Below are positions 1-13,015 of a DNA stretch of 64,000 nt, piece after piece (the stretch's first letter is position 1; each line of letters begins with the position of its first letter). The position numbers were made by a program, and so were the translations under genes. The notes beneath the pieces were generated by a model. It saw only the letters and a program-made list of their open reading frames with translations. It was not told where the DNA came from and did no database searches. Origin of the DNA: Eledone cirrhosa (Eukaryota); NCBI GenBank assembly GCA_964016885.1, contig OZ024742.1:246264001-246328000 (forward strand). Direction: 5' to 3'.

Positions 1-610
1 TGATGCTAAGTTCAACGAGGTTGGTGCTTGTTGTCAAAAATCTGGTACGGGAGGTGCAACCTGCACCTCATGTGATACATCATAGAGAGGGTAAGCTTTC
101 AATAGGGTCAACCATCGATACCTGGAGGCAGCTGGCTTCGGTCCCATCTTCAGAGGCTAGATTGGTGCAATTCACAGCGGTATCTGCTCGGTGGTCAAAG
201 TTAAATAACCACCTATCGGAACCGTTACAAATAAAGCGCTTGATCCGTCTAGGGTTCCCTCTCTCCTCTCTTCTATATGTGTTTTCTCTCGGGCCATTTC
301 TACAGAATTTGGAATTGTTGTAGGGCATACCCCTCGAACCGGGTCGTTGAAAGGCTGTATCCAGCATATGCAGAAGATGTCACCATGATGGGGTCGAATA
401 CTTCGGAAATCGTGGTTGTCGGTAACTTTTTAGAGAAATATGAAACTTGGCGGGAGCAAAAATCAATCCGTATACGTCGGTGGGTTTGCAGCTCGGCACA
501 CGGTAAGTCAAATCCATGTCGTTCAACAGCGTCGTCGGGTGTCTTTCCGCAGCTCGTCTCTTTAACTGAGCTGCAGTCGTGGGTGGGTCAAGCGAAAGCC
601 GAGACGTGAC
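1..610 (+). mobile_element. Degenerate Tx1/L1-like LINE ORF2 (RT) fragment with an internal deletion
   Basis: The peptides 'NNHLSEPLQIKRLIRLGFPLSSLLYVFSL', 'AYAEDVT' and 'VFPQLVSLTELQSWV' match the LINE at 4278-7300 ('NSHLSEPFNIMRSVRQ', 'AYADDVT', 'VFPQLVSLAELQSWV'). It has frameshifts and stops. Confidence 0.85.
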
Positions 611-1367
611 TGTATGTCATTTGTACATACATGCTAAACAGTTATTTAATTATATCCTAGAAATGGATTATCAAAATATCCTTTTGATCTTTAATCACTT
701 CCACATATCAATAATCAACATAAGCCTTTGGGCTTTTCCTATACAAACAATACATTTGTCAAAACACATATTTCCCAGTTTGTATAATTGGTCATAAATC
801 CTGGTAAATATGGTATAGCAATGTTGAACAAAGTATATTTAGCGCTATTGCTGTTATTATTGATGCCCCTGGCCCACTAGTAATAAACACTTTTTTCCAA
901 CGTTTGTTTTACCTTCTTGTGTCAAAATTCATTTTGTTCGCCTACTAAGACTTTTTGATTGGTCATATTTATTTTCCGTGTTTAAAGAAGAAGAAAAATG
1001 AGGTGGAGAAAGAGGAGAAGGGTATTTATATTTTATTTCATTTTTTCGTGATTATTTTATTTGGTTAAATTTTATTTTATTGGTTAATGTGTTTTTGAAG
1101 AAATCGATATCTACACTTATACACTTTCACAAGAGACATGGATTAGTAAATAAAATAGGTGATGGTGCAGTCAGTGTTTGGTGGCTTAGAATTGGAGGAC
1201 GATTATGAAGGTATTTCTGTTTCAAATGAAATTGTGGCAGTTATAAATGTTGCAGAGGAGAAGAAGGGTCGTGCAACAAATAAAATCATGTAACATATTT
1301 TTTGTTCCCCGATTCTAAGTGTCATTTCCTGGTTTGTTATATCCCATTATTATTATTTTAAAAAAAC

Positions 1368-1563
1368 GGCGGTGGATTGGCAGCATCGGTAGAGGGTCGG
1401 ACGCTATGATTTGACGCATAGAGTTACGGTCCTTGCCATTCTGAATTCAAATCCTGCCAAGGTTAACTTTGCCTTTCATCCTTACGGGGTCGATAAAATA
1501 AAGTACCAGTAATGCACTGGGTAATTTGCTGGCCTTGTGCCAAAAGTAGAAACAATTGTTATT
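1368..1563 (+). mobile_element. tRNA-derived SINE, family A (short-tail form)
   Basis: A-box-like TGGCAGCATCGG and B-box-like GAATTCAAATCC. The central block GCCTTTCATCCTTACGGGGTCGATAAAATAAAGTACCAG recurs roughly 30 times in the window and resembles the Meta/MESC-type SINE domain (from memory). Confidence 0.9.
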
Positions 1564-1780
1564 AAAAAAAACACTATTATTTAATCAGAAGTTTGGGTTT
1601 GTGGTCAGGAGTTTGATATTTCAAAATTTTCATATTTTTCAAGAAAAAACATCTTTTAAAAATTTATCAGTTCATATAATTAAATCAACAGAGCATATAT
1701 TTATTTTATTACACAAGCTTATCAAAAGCAAACAAGTAAAAACAAATAACACTTATAAAGCAACTTATACACGTCAGAAA

Positions 1781-2850
1781 TAACTGGATTTCCGGTTGTA
1801 GTCCAGGTCGCATTCCCGCACTAGCCCCCAGATATAGTCACCCATCATTTTTTCATTGTAGTGGCCCTGGTATCTCCGCTCTATCTCTTTCCACATCCTG
1901 GTGGAATCGTTCACCTTGTTCTTCTGAGTAGGCGCCCATATTGTCCTTGAATTTTTCCAGGTGAGCGTCCAGCATATGGAGTTTAAACGACATCCTGCAT
2001 CCCATGGCCAAAAGCCTTTATCAGATCCTGCACCAGTTGCTGGTAGTTTTCAGCTCTGTAGTTGCCCAGGGAGCCCTTAACAACTGCCTTGAAACAGTTC
2101 CATGCTGTTCTCTCAATCCTATTGAGATTATTGGAGAACTCGATAGACTCAAACACCTTCTTTATCTGAGGTCCAACAAAAATACCACCTTTGATTTTGG
2201 CCTCAGATAACTTGGAGAAGAACTTAAGAAGGTACTTAAAAGCGGCTGATTCTTGGTTGAGAGCCTTCACAAACTGCTTCATCAACCCCAACTTAATGTG
2301 CAGTGGCGGCATGAGCACAATCCTGGGATCAACCAGTGGCTCCCACATGACGTTCCGGGTCCCAACTACAAATTCTGTTCGCTGCTCCCAGTTCTTTCTT
2401 TTGTAGTGGTCAGAGGTGGCTCTGCTGTCCAAAAGGCAGAGGAAGCATTGGAATTTAATAAAGCCTCCTTGGAGTCCAAGCAGGAAAGCCACCATTTTGA
2501 AGTCTCCAATGATTTCCCAATTGTACTGGTTGTATTGCAGAGTTTCCAAGAGGACGTTCACACTAGTAATCTTCCTTCAGGCAGACTGAATAAGCTAGGG
2601 GCAGTCTCGGGAACTTGTTTCCATTGTGGAGGAGGACAGCCTTCAAACTTGTGGTGGAGCTGTCTATAAATAGCCGCCACTCCTTGGGCACAAACGGCAC
2701 CCCAATAACGTCAAACAGTCCAGGCACGTCATGGCAGAAGCCATCCCTGAGAGTGTAAAAGCCTGAGAAAGGTTCGTGTCGACTTCTCTGACTTGTCACC
2801 TGCACTTCCTCCTTGACCAAGTTCCACTGCTTCACCCTGGAGACGAATGC
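1781..2850 (-). mobile_element. Degenerate CMC-superfamily (Chapaev3-like) DNA transposase
   Basis: Motifs WRLFIDSS..SLKAVLLHNGN, GDFKMV..LLGLQGGF.K..CFLC, PPLHIKLGLMKQFVKAL and, in a shifted frame, HMLDAH...SEEQGERFHQD. This is a DDE fold with the CxxC and HxxxH signatures. It is frameshifted and 5'-truncated, and no TIRs were identified. Confidence 0.75.
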
Positions 2851-3332
2851 TTAAAACACAACTTACCCTTTATTCAGGGTGCGAAAATCCAGTATCAATA
2901 AATCTCTTTAATCCATTTTTTAACAATTTTATACTTTATTGCACTTTTATAATTTTCTTTAGGTATTACTCTTTATTTTATAATTTTAATTTAACCTGAA
3001 ACATATATTAAAAAAAATCATTTAACATAAGCAAATTAAACTTACATACAACGTAAAATCCAGCATACAAATAATTCTAGTGAATAGCTTAGAATTTTTA
3101 CAAACCCCAACTTTTAACTGTTTAATAGCACTACTTTATTTATTTGGGATCTAAGCAACACAAAAAAAGTGATTACACGCCAGGAACAGAGAAAAAATTT
3201 TTTTTAATATAAATTCAGTCACTAGTTTGAACTTTCAGGGGTATATTTAATAAGATAACTTTTCCGCTTGAACTTAAATTAGCTTTCTGACGATAATATT
3301 TTTTTTCACTTTTAAATGTATTTATATTTATT

Positions 3333-3692
3333 GCATTGCGTCATAGAGTTACGTCCCTTTACATTTTCAGTTCAAATCCCGCCGCGGTTAGCTTTGCCTT
3401 TCATCCTTACGGAGACGATAAAATAAAGTACCAGTAACGGAACGGCGTCGATTTAATCGACTTTCCCTTCCCTAAAATTGTTGGTTTCGTGCCTAAATCA
3501 GAAACCAATTGGCAGTATCGATAGAGGGTTGGACGCCATGCTTTCTAGCATAGTTACGTCCCTTTACAGTCTGAGTTCAAATCCCACCGAGGTTAACTTT
3601 GCCTTTCATCCTTACGGGGTCGATAAAATAAAGTACCAGTAATGTACTGGGTATTTGCTGGCCTTGTGCCTAAAGTAGAAACAATTATTAGT
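3333..3692 (+). mobile_element. Two head-to-tail family A SINEs
   Basis: Two successive GTTCAAATCC...GCCTTTCATCCTTACGG...GATAAAATAAAGTACCAG units, with the junction near 3509. Confidence 0.9.
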
Positions 3693-4239
3693 TTATATTA
3701 TGTTACATTTTTTATTAGTTCCTTTTTATTATCTTTGTTATTTTATTCTTATTTTTATTGTATATATATTTTTAATATTATGTATATATTTATACTATAT
3801 TTTTTTTTATACACCTTCGTATTATATTTACAGTTTTTCGTGGTTTTCTTCTTTTTTTTTTTTGTCTGCTGTTTGCTCTTACCAGATTTTATGATCCGTC
3901 TTTACATTTTAATGTACAGAGCTGTCAAGTTGATTTATAAATTGCTCATTTTATATTCAATGATCTCTGTGAATCCCTAAATAGCCACGTAAATTGTCTA
4001 ACTATACCTTTGGGCAAACCACTCCTACTAGAATGACCAAACGCGGTAGATGAGGAATATTTTCTCAGTCATATATTACGATAATTGCCTCTCGTGATTT
4101 ATATTTTTCAGATTCCTGAAGAGACGCTTGCTCGTTGGAATTAAACCTTATAGATTACGTAATTGTGAAGCTGTCATGTACCTGTTGAAACGTGTGTTGA
4201 TAGGAATAAATTAGGAAATCTATTCCTATGGGTGTGTGG

Positions 4240-4277
<38 letters not shown>

Positions 4278-7200
4278 AATAATAATAATAATAATAATAA
4301 TAATGCTTTCTTTATTAACCACAAGGATTTACATAAAGTAGACATTAAGGACAGTACAGTACAATACAGGACGGTACAAATGGCCATTTCTGCGTGTAAA
4401 AAACAAAAACAGAGGATGTAACAAAAAAATAACAAAGAAAAAATGAAAAATTCCCCAATAGGGGGGAGACTTCCGAGGGACATTCGTGGAGAAAGCCCAT
4501 TAAAAAGCCACAGTGAACCTGACCACCAGGGCAAGTGCCCTCTCCCAGTTTTCCACCTTTAATTTACAGACACATACTCAGAGTAGGCCCATTCACTCGG
4601 GCCATTATTGCCTCTCACACCCATCTTTCAACAAAATGCTGGGAAGAGAGCACTTCCCTCTCTACCCTGATTTTCCTTTTCAAATGAAATTTGAAAAAGT
4701 TAATCAGGGCATCACCGAAGAGGTAAGTGCTCGTCTTCAGCCCTTTCAAACGTGTCCACCATACTATCTCTTTCGCCATGGCCACCAGACAGATAAAAAT
4801 TGCCTGCCCTTCCCGGCTAAAGGAAGAGGGCGGGGCAATCCTCACGATGGACTCAGCTGATAGCTGGATCCGTCCTACACGCGACAGCAGGTGTTCGACA
4901 TAAACTCACAAGTCAGCAATGCTCGGACACTGGACGACTGCGTGCAGGACGGTTTCGTCGCCCTCCGCGCATCTCGGACATGCCCGGCTGACGGCACCTC
5001 AATGTTTATCCCGAACAGGCAAAGCTCCTCGGTAGCACTGCAAGGCCAGGGATTTCTGGAAGTTGTCCATAGGCCCCGGCCCGAAATTTCTTCCGAAGAG
5101 ATTCGCTAGTTGATTTTCGTCAACGCCTAGATTTTCTCCAAGTACGTCGTCGCTCTTCCCCTCCACTAATCCTCTATAGAACGCCAAGGTGGAATTTCCA
5201 CCGATCACATTGCCCGATTGGTCGAGGGCTGTGAGCGCCTGAAGACATTCCAGCCTCCAAGCGCCCCCTCTCGGTCTTCGCTTGACCCAGGACTGCAGCT
5301 CCGCCAAGGAGACGAGCTGGGGAAAGACGCGTCTAACAAACGGCGACCACACCTGATCACCGTCGAGGAAGAGGTGGAGATGTCGTAGCCTGAGCGCGTG
5401 TCCGCGCATCATCAGCCACGGCATGCCCAGCCCTCCACGTAGCGGGTGTTGACAGCAGATGGACCGCCTGACCATCGGAGCGTGTCCATTCCACAAAAAG
5501 CGAAAGAGCAAACGCTCCAGCGCAGTCAGGCGGGGCTTAGGACAAGGTACGACCGTCAGGCGGTAGTAGATGACGGACGCGATATACGCGTTAGCCACCT
5601 CCGCTCGACCTTTCAGGGATAGCTTCCTCTCGGCCCATTTCTGGGTGAGAGAAGCCACCCTGCTCGTCACCTCGTCCCAGTTTTTGTCCGTCTGGAGGCC
5701 CGGACCGAACCAGACCCCTAGCAATTTAACCGGTCCGTCTGTCCAGCGCCCGACGACGCTGTTGGACGGCATGGACCTGCCTCTCCAGGTGCCGAGCTGC
5801 AGGCCCACTGACTTTTCCTGGTTGAACATTGCTCCTGTCACCGCTTCGTATTCTCTTAGTGTAGTGCCGATCGCCTCGATATGTTTGGCGTTCGACACCA
5901 CTACGGTGACATCGTCCGCATATGCTGACACGGATCTTCCGCATCCTAGTTCGCGCGGGACCCCCCCTCAACTTCTCCAGTTTGTGCTGTAATGGCTCGA
6001 GAGTCAATACGTACAAGAGGGATGAGAGGGGACATCATTGGCGGACCGAGCGCATGATGTTGAACGGTTCCGAAAGGTGACTGTTCACTCTCACCACAGA
6101 GCAGATGTCGCTGTGCATGGCAGCGATCCAGCCTCTGAAGACGGGCCCAAAGCCAGTCGCCCTCAGGACTACCGCCAGATATCGAAAGCTTTCGACTGAT
6201 CTAAATTGATCAAGGACCCACCCGTGCCAGGTTCCCAAGCTACCCTCTCCACGATGTATCGCATGAGATGGAGGTTGTCGTGGATGGATCTGTCGGGAAT
6301 GGCGCATGTCTGCGCCTATCCCACCAGACCACCAACGACAAGCGCCAACCTCTTTGCTAGCACCTTGGCCAAAATCTTGAACTCTGTGTTTAGCAGAGTT
6401 AGGGGCCTGAAATTATCTATGTTATCCCCCTTATTCGAATCCTTTCTCAGCAGCACCACCGCTCCTCGGCTCACAGAGCTGGGAATTCTCCCGTTCTGTT
6501 GCCAGTTGCAGTAGACGTCCGCCAAGAGGCCTCCGAACAAGTCTGGCATCTGTACGTAAAGTTCATAGGGCAGACCATCCAAACCAGGCGATTTACCCCT
6601 TGTGCAGCCAGACATTGCCTCCCGTACTTCAGCTGGTGTTATCGGCTTTTCGCAACACTCCGCCTCAGTGGCCGAGGTAGACACTAAAGTCCATCCCTCG
6701 ATCCGGCCCGCCGCTGCCCCCGAACAGCTGAGCGAAGTGTCGCTGAAAAGCTTCACACATTTACCCGGGATCGAATAGCATGCGCCCGTCGTGGTCCACC
6801 AAAGACCGGATCGTGGCTTTGTTGCCACGACGCGCGCTTCCCCCACTCGGGCCCATTGAACAGCTTTCGTCCCCTCGTGTCTGAGAGCACGCACTCTAGC
6901 TCTGACAACGCAGCCTTCGTGCTTTACATTGAAGAATTGGTCAAGGGCCAATTTCGCCGCAAGTACGTCGGTCGCGATGCCTTTGCTAAGCGCTTCGTCT
7001 AATTTTCTAACTAGTTCTCCCTCTGCTCTATTTTTCTCTATTGCTAAAGCCTTACTAAACCTAATGGACTCTATTCTAATCGCTTTATTCAGAGCAAACC
7101 ACCACTTGTTGTTGACGATGGCCCCCGTCAACGCCCGCTTAACTAGTTCGCTAATCCGGTCTCTGTAGGCCTTGCGAGCTGTTAATGACGCGTTTAGCTT

Positions 7201-7300
7201 CCAGTAGCCGGGTCCTTGTCTATGAAGCCTATCTAAGTCAAGCACACAGATCACGAATTTGTGTTCCGTGTAGCTGACTATCTTGAATTGTGGACAGCTT
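4278..7300 (-). mobile_element. Tx1/L1-like LINE: end of APE endonuclease, RT, C-terminal domain and 3' UTR (frameshifted)
   Basis: Motifs GPGYWKLN, KSPGLDGLPYE, NFRPLTLLNTEFKILAK, SAYADD, KLSLKGR and GGLG. An AATAAA precedes the (TAT)n tract at 4278-4303. Confidence 0.92.
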
Positions 7301-8190
7301 ATGTCCTTGGGGAATTTTTGTCTCCGATGTCCTTGGGGAATTTTTGTTTTTGCGTCGTATACGTTTTCTGTGTGATGCGGGTGATTTGTATCTGTGGAGG
7401 TGGTGTGAATTTTTGGCTGACCCTGTACCCATCTTTTTTTACCGTTCTCTTGGCTTCATTCAATTCATCCTGGCTTACCTCGATTGTTTCGCTTTTCTTG
7501 GCTGCTTTGGCAAAAGACATATTTTGTTTTTCGGTGGTGTTGATGTTGTTATTCTCATTGTTGTTGTTGCTGTTGTTGTTATTGTTATTTTTAGTTTCAG
7601 TTGTGGTGGAGGTGGTGGTGGTGTCAGTGGTGTTCGGCGTGGAAGAGTCGATTCTGGGTGAATCCATTTTGATGTCACGAGAAAATAATTTATTTTTTTT
7701 GGTTTCTGTTGTCGCTGTGGTGGTGGTATCAGTGGTGTTCGTTGTTCTTTTGACATTGTGGTGGTAAGGGTGGCGGCTTTAACACCTGCAGTTATTGTTA
7801 ATGGAGGGAAATCCATGTCTTTATGCGGCAATTCTAAATAATTCAGACTGCTATTAATTATATTTTCAGTGTTGGGAACCGTAGCAAGGCTTACAATGGT
7901 GTTGGTGTTGGTGTTGGTTGGTTGGGGGGGGGGGGGGGGGTTGATCTGTTAAAAACAGTAAATTTGTCGTCCATGTTTTTTTTTTTCAAAGAAATATTTT
8001 GTTTGATAAATAAAAAGTTTCATTTTTGGGCTCCAGGCCCCAATATTTTTTGTGTCCTTTTCAGAAAGCAATATATGTGAACTTATAAACACTTAACAAC
8101 AAACATTTTCCATAACTGGCAATTTGAAACAATTGAAAACAACAAACCTTTGCGGAGCTCACGATAATACGATTTCCTACGTAGGTCGCC
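7300..8190 (-). mobile_element. Probable 5' UTR and N-terminal ORF1 of a Tx1-like LINE, joined to the ORF2 remnant
   Basis: ATG at 7974 leads into a T/N-rich low-complexity peptide with a 'SFAKAAKK' motif typical of LINE ORF1s. It is in the same orientation as the adjacent ORF2 and is bounded by (AAT)n at 8191-8214. Confidence 0.55.
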
Positions 8191-8477
8191 AATAATAATA
8201 ATAATAATAATAATTGTTTCTACTTGTGGCACAAGGCCAGCAATTAACCAGTACATTACTGAATAATAATTATAGGTAGATTCTCGATGGGTATTGGGAG
8301 GTGACCATAGTTAAAAAAAGGTATTCAATACGTGACTAGAGTATAGATATCTTTATTTTACATAGAACTGACATGACTTCTACTGGACTATAATTATTTC
8401 TTTCACATAAAATCAACAGGAAAGTACTTTTCAAGTTATTTCATACGAATGAAACAGTTCTAGTCCTGTAGAAGTAA

Positions 8478-8480
<3 letters not shown>

Positions 8481-8515
<35 letters not shown>

Positions 8516-8537
8516 TCCCTCTCTTTCTCTCTCTCTC

Positions 8538-8575
<38 letters not shown>

Positions 8576-8629
8576 TCTCTCCCTCTCTCTCTCTATTTCG
8601 TACTTCTTTCTCTCTCTCTCACTCTCTCT

Positions 8630-8672
<43 letters not shown>
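8481..8672. repeat. (CT)n followed by (TA)n microsatellite
   Basis: Direct reading. Confidence 0.97.
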
Positions 8673-8673
<1 letters not shown>

Positions 8674-9049
8674 AGAACAACTAGAAAGTGAGAAACGATC
8701 ATCAGTTATTTCCCTTTGTTTTTGCGAAAGCCCTTCAAAATGCTTTTATATGAACATACAGTATATTATCAAATATGTACTACGTACATTCATATATACA
8801 TCGCTATTTCATAGCACCAACTCAGATTTCTAATTGATGCTGGGCCGGCAACCACTCTGTATGTAAATGAGTTTCAACAGCTCATAAACATAATTAGAAT
8901 TCTATTAGAATCCAGCTCCTATAGCTTACAGAAAAGGCGAAGGGATACATAGCCTTGACAACCAATAAAAAGTGAGAAACGATCGTTAGTTTTTTCCCTA
9001 GCGAAAGGCCTTCAAAATGTTTTAAAATAAACATACAGTATATTATTAA

Positions 9050-9179
9050 TACGCCCCTTTATGATCTGAGTTCAAATCCCGCCGAGGTTAACTTTGCCTT
9101 TCATCCTTACAGGGTCGATAAAATAAAGTACCAGTAATACATTGGGATAATTGCTGGCCTTGTGCCAAAAGTAGAAACA
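9050..9179 (+). mobile_element. 5'-truncated family A SINE with 8-bp TSD
   Basis: ATTATTAA at 9042-9049 and 9180-9187. A paralogous empty site lies in the duplicated segment 8685-8820. Confidence 0.88.
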
Positions 9180-9236
9180 ATTATTAAATATACAATACGT
9201 ACATTCATATATACATCCCTATTTCAGAGCACCAAC

Positions 9237-9321
<85 letters not shown>

Positions 9322-10579
9322 TGAGTGTAACAAAAGAAACAATAGATGGAGTTACTTCAGTTATTTATTCTTACACGTGTTTCTGCGAGGACTTGTTCAA
9401 CAACTGTTCTAGTTCTGTAGAAGTCCTTTCTATATAAAATAAAATACACTACCAACGTATTGAGTACCTTTTAAACTGTAGTCCACCCCCTCGATACCCA
9501 TCACGAATCTACCCATAATTATGTGTATATATATGAACTCACTATAAATATTAATTGAGAAAATCAGGTGAAGTATCTCTGCAGACAATAAAGTAAACAC
9601 AGGTACATGCAAGGAATCGAACACCACATCTATCAGATACCGGTCGAGTGCGTTAACCATTACACAAAGGAGTTCATGATTACCAACTGTCGTCTTTTTA
9701 GAAGATTTTAAGCTTGTAGCTAGAAGTTTAAACATCCGTTAATGCAAAGAGAGAGAGGGAGGGGGGGGGAGAACTTACAATAATAGCCATAGGATACGTA
9801 TCAACAATAGCTGTAATAATGGATTAGGAAATTTAGTGAAATCTAATAGGTCTAATAACAGAAAGATCTGTACATTAGGAGGCCTTACAATAAAGGTAGC
9901 TCTTACGCTACGCCCATATAGATGCTTCGCCTATATTGTGTTCCAGCAGAGAGCAGTGTAAGCGAGCACTGTCTTGACAACGACCAGAGACAGCAACGAC
10001 CTCACCGACACTTTTATATATTCAAATACATTTACACTTCGTCTCGATCAGAGATAACATTGTTTTAACCTTATTATAGCTACGATTAGCTTTCTATTTA
10101 GGACAGACACCACAGCTTGAGGTTCACTATCCCATTATTTTCTTTTCTTTCATCCTTCTATTTGTACTCTTTGTTTTATCACACACACATCATACCAGCA
10201 GAAAGATTTATTATCTGTTGCACGATCCAGCATTTTAAAATGGTACTCTCAATTAAATTGTGCAAAATCATTTTAAAATTGTCTTGTACACCGCCTTTCT
10301 TTATTTCCTTCTCCAGTCACTTCTGTGCACCAGCGCACTTCTCCTTGTCTTCCTCCTCTTTCGATCTTTTCTGTGTTTCATCTGCCTGTCACCCTTCATC
10401 TGCATTGTTTCTCTGTTGACTACTGGCTGCTGGTCTCTGTCCTGAGGCACTTTTGCCCATCGCTGTCTTTGCCAGCATTTAGCTGTTTTATAGGCTATTC
10501 TAGCGATGAGCTTTCTCATTTTTATATGTATTCAAATACACACTCGCTTTGTCTCGATCAGAGAAAACATTGTTTTAAT

Positions 10580-10581
<2 letters not shown>

Positions 10582-10668
<87 letters not shown>
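10582..10668. repeat. (CA)n microsatellite
   Basis: Direct reading. Confidence 0.98.
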
Positions 10669-10669
<1 letters not shown>

Positions 10670-11180
10670 GGTATAAATCGAAATTGTAGCTGCCATGTAA
10701 CAGGTACTATTCGGGTTGTTTGAGACAATCACAAAGCACTCAATGTAGCGAGAAGTGATTATCGCCCAGAGTAAACACAACAGTTAAAAAATGTGACACC
10801 AAGAAAAACGACCGAAGGTCGTGGCCTTACATATACCACAAGAACGATAAATACAGAAAAGTTGAAAACTAACCTGGACCGTCTCGTGTTGATTAGAATC
10901 GATGTAATCGATAAAAATCTCCGATATGTTTCTGGGATTAATAAGTTCCTAAAAAGCCTTTAAATTTGAAAAAGAAATCCAATAACTTCTACGAAAAAGA
11001 TTTTCTTTTCTTGATATAGTGGGCCAGCCGAACACGTGGTGTTGTTTCTTCGACGGTTGGCCGTCGAAGAAACAACATGTAATAACTCATGTAATAACTC
11101 TGAAGAAACCTGCTTTTTGTTAGGATAAAACAGTCGTTAGTTACTGAATGTTTGATTATTACTTTGATTATTACTTACAT

Positions 11181-11231
<51 letters not shown>

Positions 11232-11235
<4 letters not shown>

Positions 11236-12241
11236 GACGCTTTTATTCGTACATCTTTATTTTATTCGTTATACGTATTTCGAAGATGTAAGGTAGTTAT
11301 ATAATAACCCCATTGCACGTTTTCTTCAGACAAACATACAGACGAGATGTAATTTTCCATTAATATGCTACCAGGTAGACGTGTTATTCACCTCGCCGAC
11401 CAGTACATATATGGCCAGATTTCTCTTGTAGCAGTTTTATTGAGGGTGGGAGGTAGTATTGTTGCTGGCATTGGTGATTGTAAGCTGGCTGGAGTATCAG
11501 GTTACCAGATTTGTCGCTTGATTCACAGTATAGCATGGAAGTACTGTTAATTAATTTTTTTAAATATTATTATATTTCCGGACTAACTTTTTCTTACTTA
11601 GATTTTAATTTTAATTTTAGATATTGATACTTTGATGGTGATGTTATAATGTATCTATATATTCGTGAATGGTTTATTAATTAGTTGATAGTCTATTATA
11701 TATTATTTATGGAAGTTTTAACTATATACTCTGCGGGATGCATTATATATCTTATGTAAACAAGTATTATAAATGTCAGAGCGTTTATTTATAATGTGCA
11801 AAGTCTCTGTAGTACAGAGGTCACACCCAGAAGATATAGATCCATTTATATAGGGGAAAACATATGAAAGTTTTGACTATGAAAGGGAGTATTGTACTTG
11901 GTTATTTTTTTAGCGACCAAATCAGTTCCGACAGGGGTGTGCTAGACCTTTTATCAGTACAATATGAAGGTTTTGACCAAAAACCTTCATATGCGTTTTC
12001 TTATATCAATGGATCTATATCTTATGGCTGTGACCTCTGTACTGCAGAGACTTTGCACATCATAAATAGTAAGCACAAAATTATAAATAAACGCTCTGAC
12101 ATTTTTAATACTTGTTTACATAAAATATATACATTTCGCAGAGTATATAGTTAAAACTTCCATAAGTAATATATTACTACCCTACATCTTTGAAATACGT
12201 ATAACGAATAAAATAAAGATATACGAATAAAACCGTCTCTC
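11232..12241. mobile_element. Fold-back (long-TIR) non-autonomous DNA element with an interrupted left arm
   Basis: 11232-11302 is the reverse complement of about 12170-12241, and about 11700-11880 is the reverse complement of about 11975-12170. Confidence 0.75.
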
Positions 12242-12533
12242 TTATTTACTATACTAAAACTCCGGATGAACAAAAACCGTGGAGTGCTTCACGTCTGTTT
12301 AAGAATAAGTCGGCAAATTTTTAATCATCCAACTTTCTTCAATTGAAGGCGGGCTTTTTCAGCTGGGGTTTTGTGCCCCCGGGGAACCCTTTCACTAAAT
12401 GAAATATACTTATCCAAGTACCCTGGGCAATGTAGTTTCAGAATATATATGGTATGGGAGGTCTATCTCCAAAACCATAGGAGTATTTCGTGAATAAACA
12501 AACAAACAAACAGACACGAATACAACTATATAT

Positions 12534-12709
12534 ATAGGAAAATGTTTAACCCCGACGGCAGAGCTCAAGCCGTTTCGACGAAATAGCCGTAGAAACAGCT
12601 TGAGCTCTGCCGTCGGGGTTAAACATTTTCCTATTACCCACTCTACTACCCTAAGTATTGAGTACTCCGGTGCGTTATGGTCCATCTGGTTCCTTACCAC
12701 ACCTCCTTC

Positions 12710-12712
<3 letters not shown>
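12534..12712 (+). mobile_element. PLE-like fold-back element (hairpin plus ~80-nt tail), copy 1
   Basis: Near-perfect inverted repeat 12534-12634. The tail TACCCACTCTACTACCCTAAGTATTGAGTACTC...CCTTACCACA is shared with 14752, 44168 and 53968. It is flanked by (TA)n. Confidence 0.8.
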
Positions 12713-12782
<70 letters not shown>

Positions 12783-12973
12783 ATACTTGGGGAGGGTCAT
12801 ATTTGTGTAATAATATTGCTAGAATTAATAACAGAACACACTGTTTGGTTGGTTTTCGCTTCTGTGTTTTTTATGTCGGTTAATTTAATTTATTCGGTCC
12901 TCAATGTTACCATTGACTGATCAACGGTCAAAAATACAGATACAATATAGACACAAACACATATATATAGTCT

Positions 12974-13015
12974 AACAAATTTCTTTCATTGCACATCTGC
13001 AACATCGTCAGTGGT
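12974..13015 (-). ncRNA. Degenerate minimal hammerhead ribozyme motif in a PLE terminal repeat
   Basis: Minus strand reads ACCA-CTGACGA-T-GTTGCA-gatg-TGCAAT-GAAA-GAAAT-T-TGTT. It has the same layout as 30594-30636 and shares the terminus TTGGG(G)AGGGTC next to (TA)n. Stems I and III carry mismatches. Confidence 0.6.

Noticed and set aside
1368-1460. tRNA gene (A and B boxes)
   Set aside because: There is no cloverleaf. It is the head of a high-copy SINE.
2838-2868. Apparent 30-nt intron in the transposase (GTAAGT...CAG on the minus strand)
   Set aside because: It is too short, and the putative acceptor overlaps coding-like 'SRVKQWN'.
3642-3980. Hydrophobic ORF resembling a membrane or mitochondrial protein
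   Set aside because: It starts inside a SINE and runs through T-rich low-complexity sequence.
4110-4212. Hammerhead-like CTGAAGA...GAAAC...AATAAA
   Set aside because: Stems II and III do not pair convincingly and the NUH register fails. At best it is a decayed PLE end.
10301-10519. Basic 72-aa minus-strand ORF as a terminal exon
   Set aside because: The acceptor is poor and there is no recognisable domain. It lies between ~60-bp direct repeats (about 10015 and 10520).
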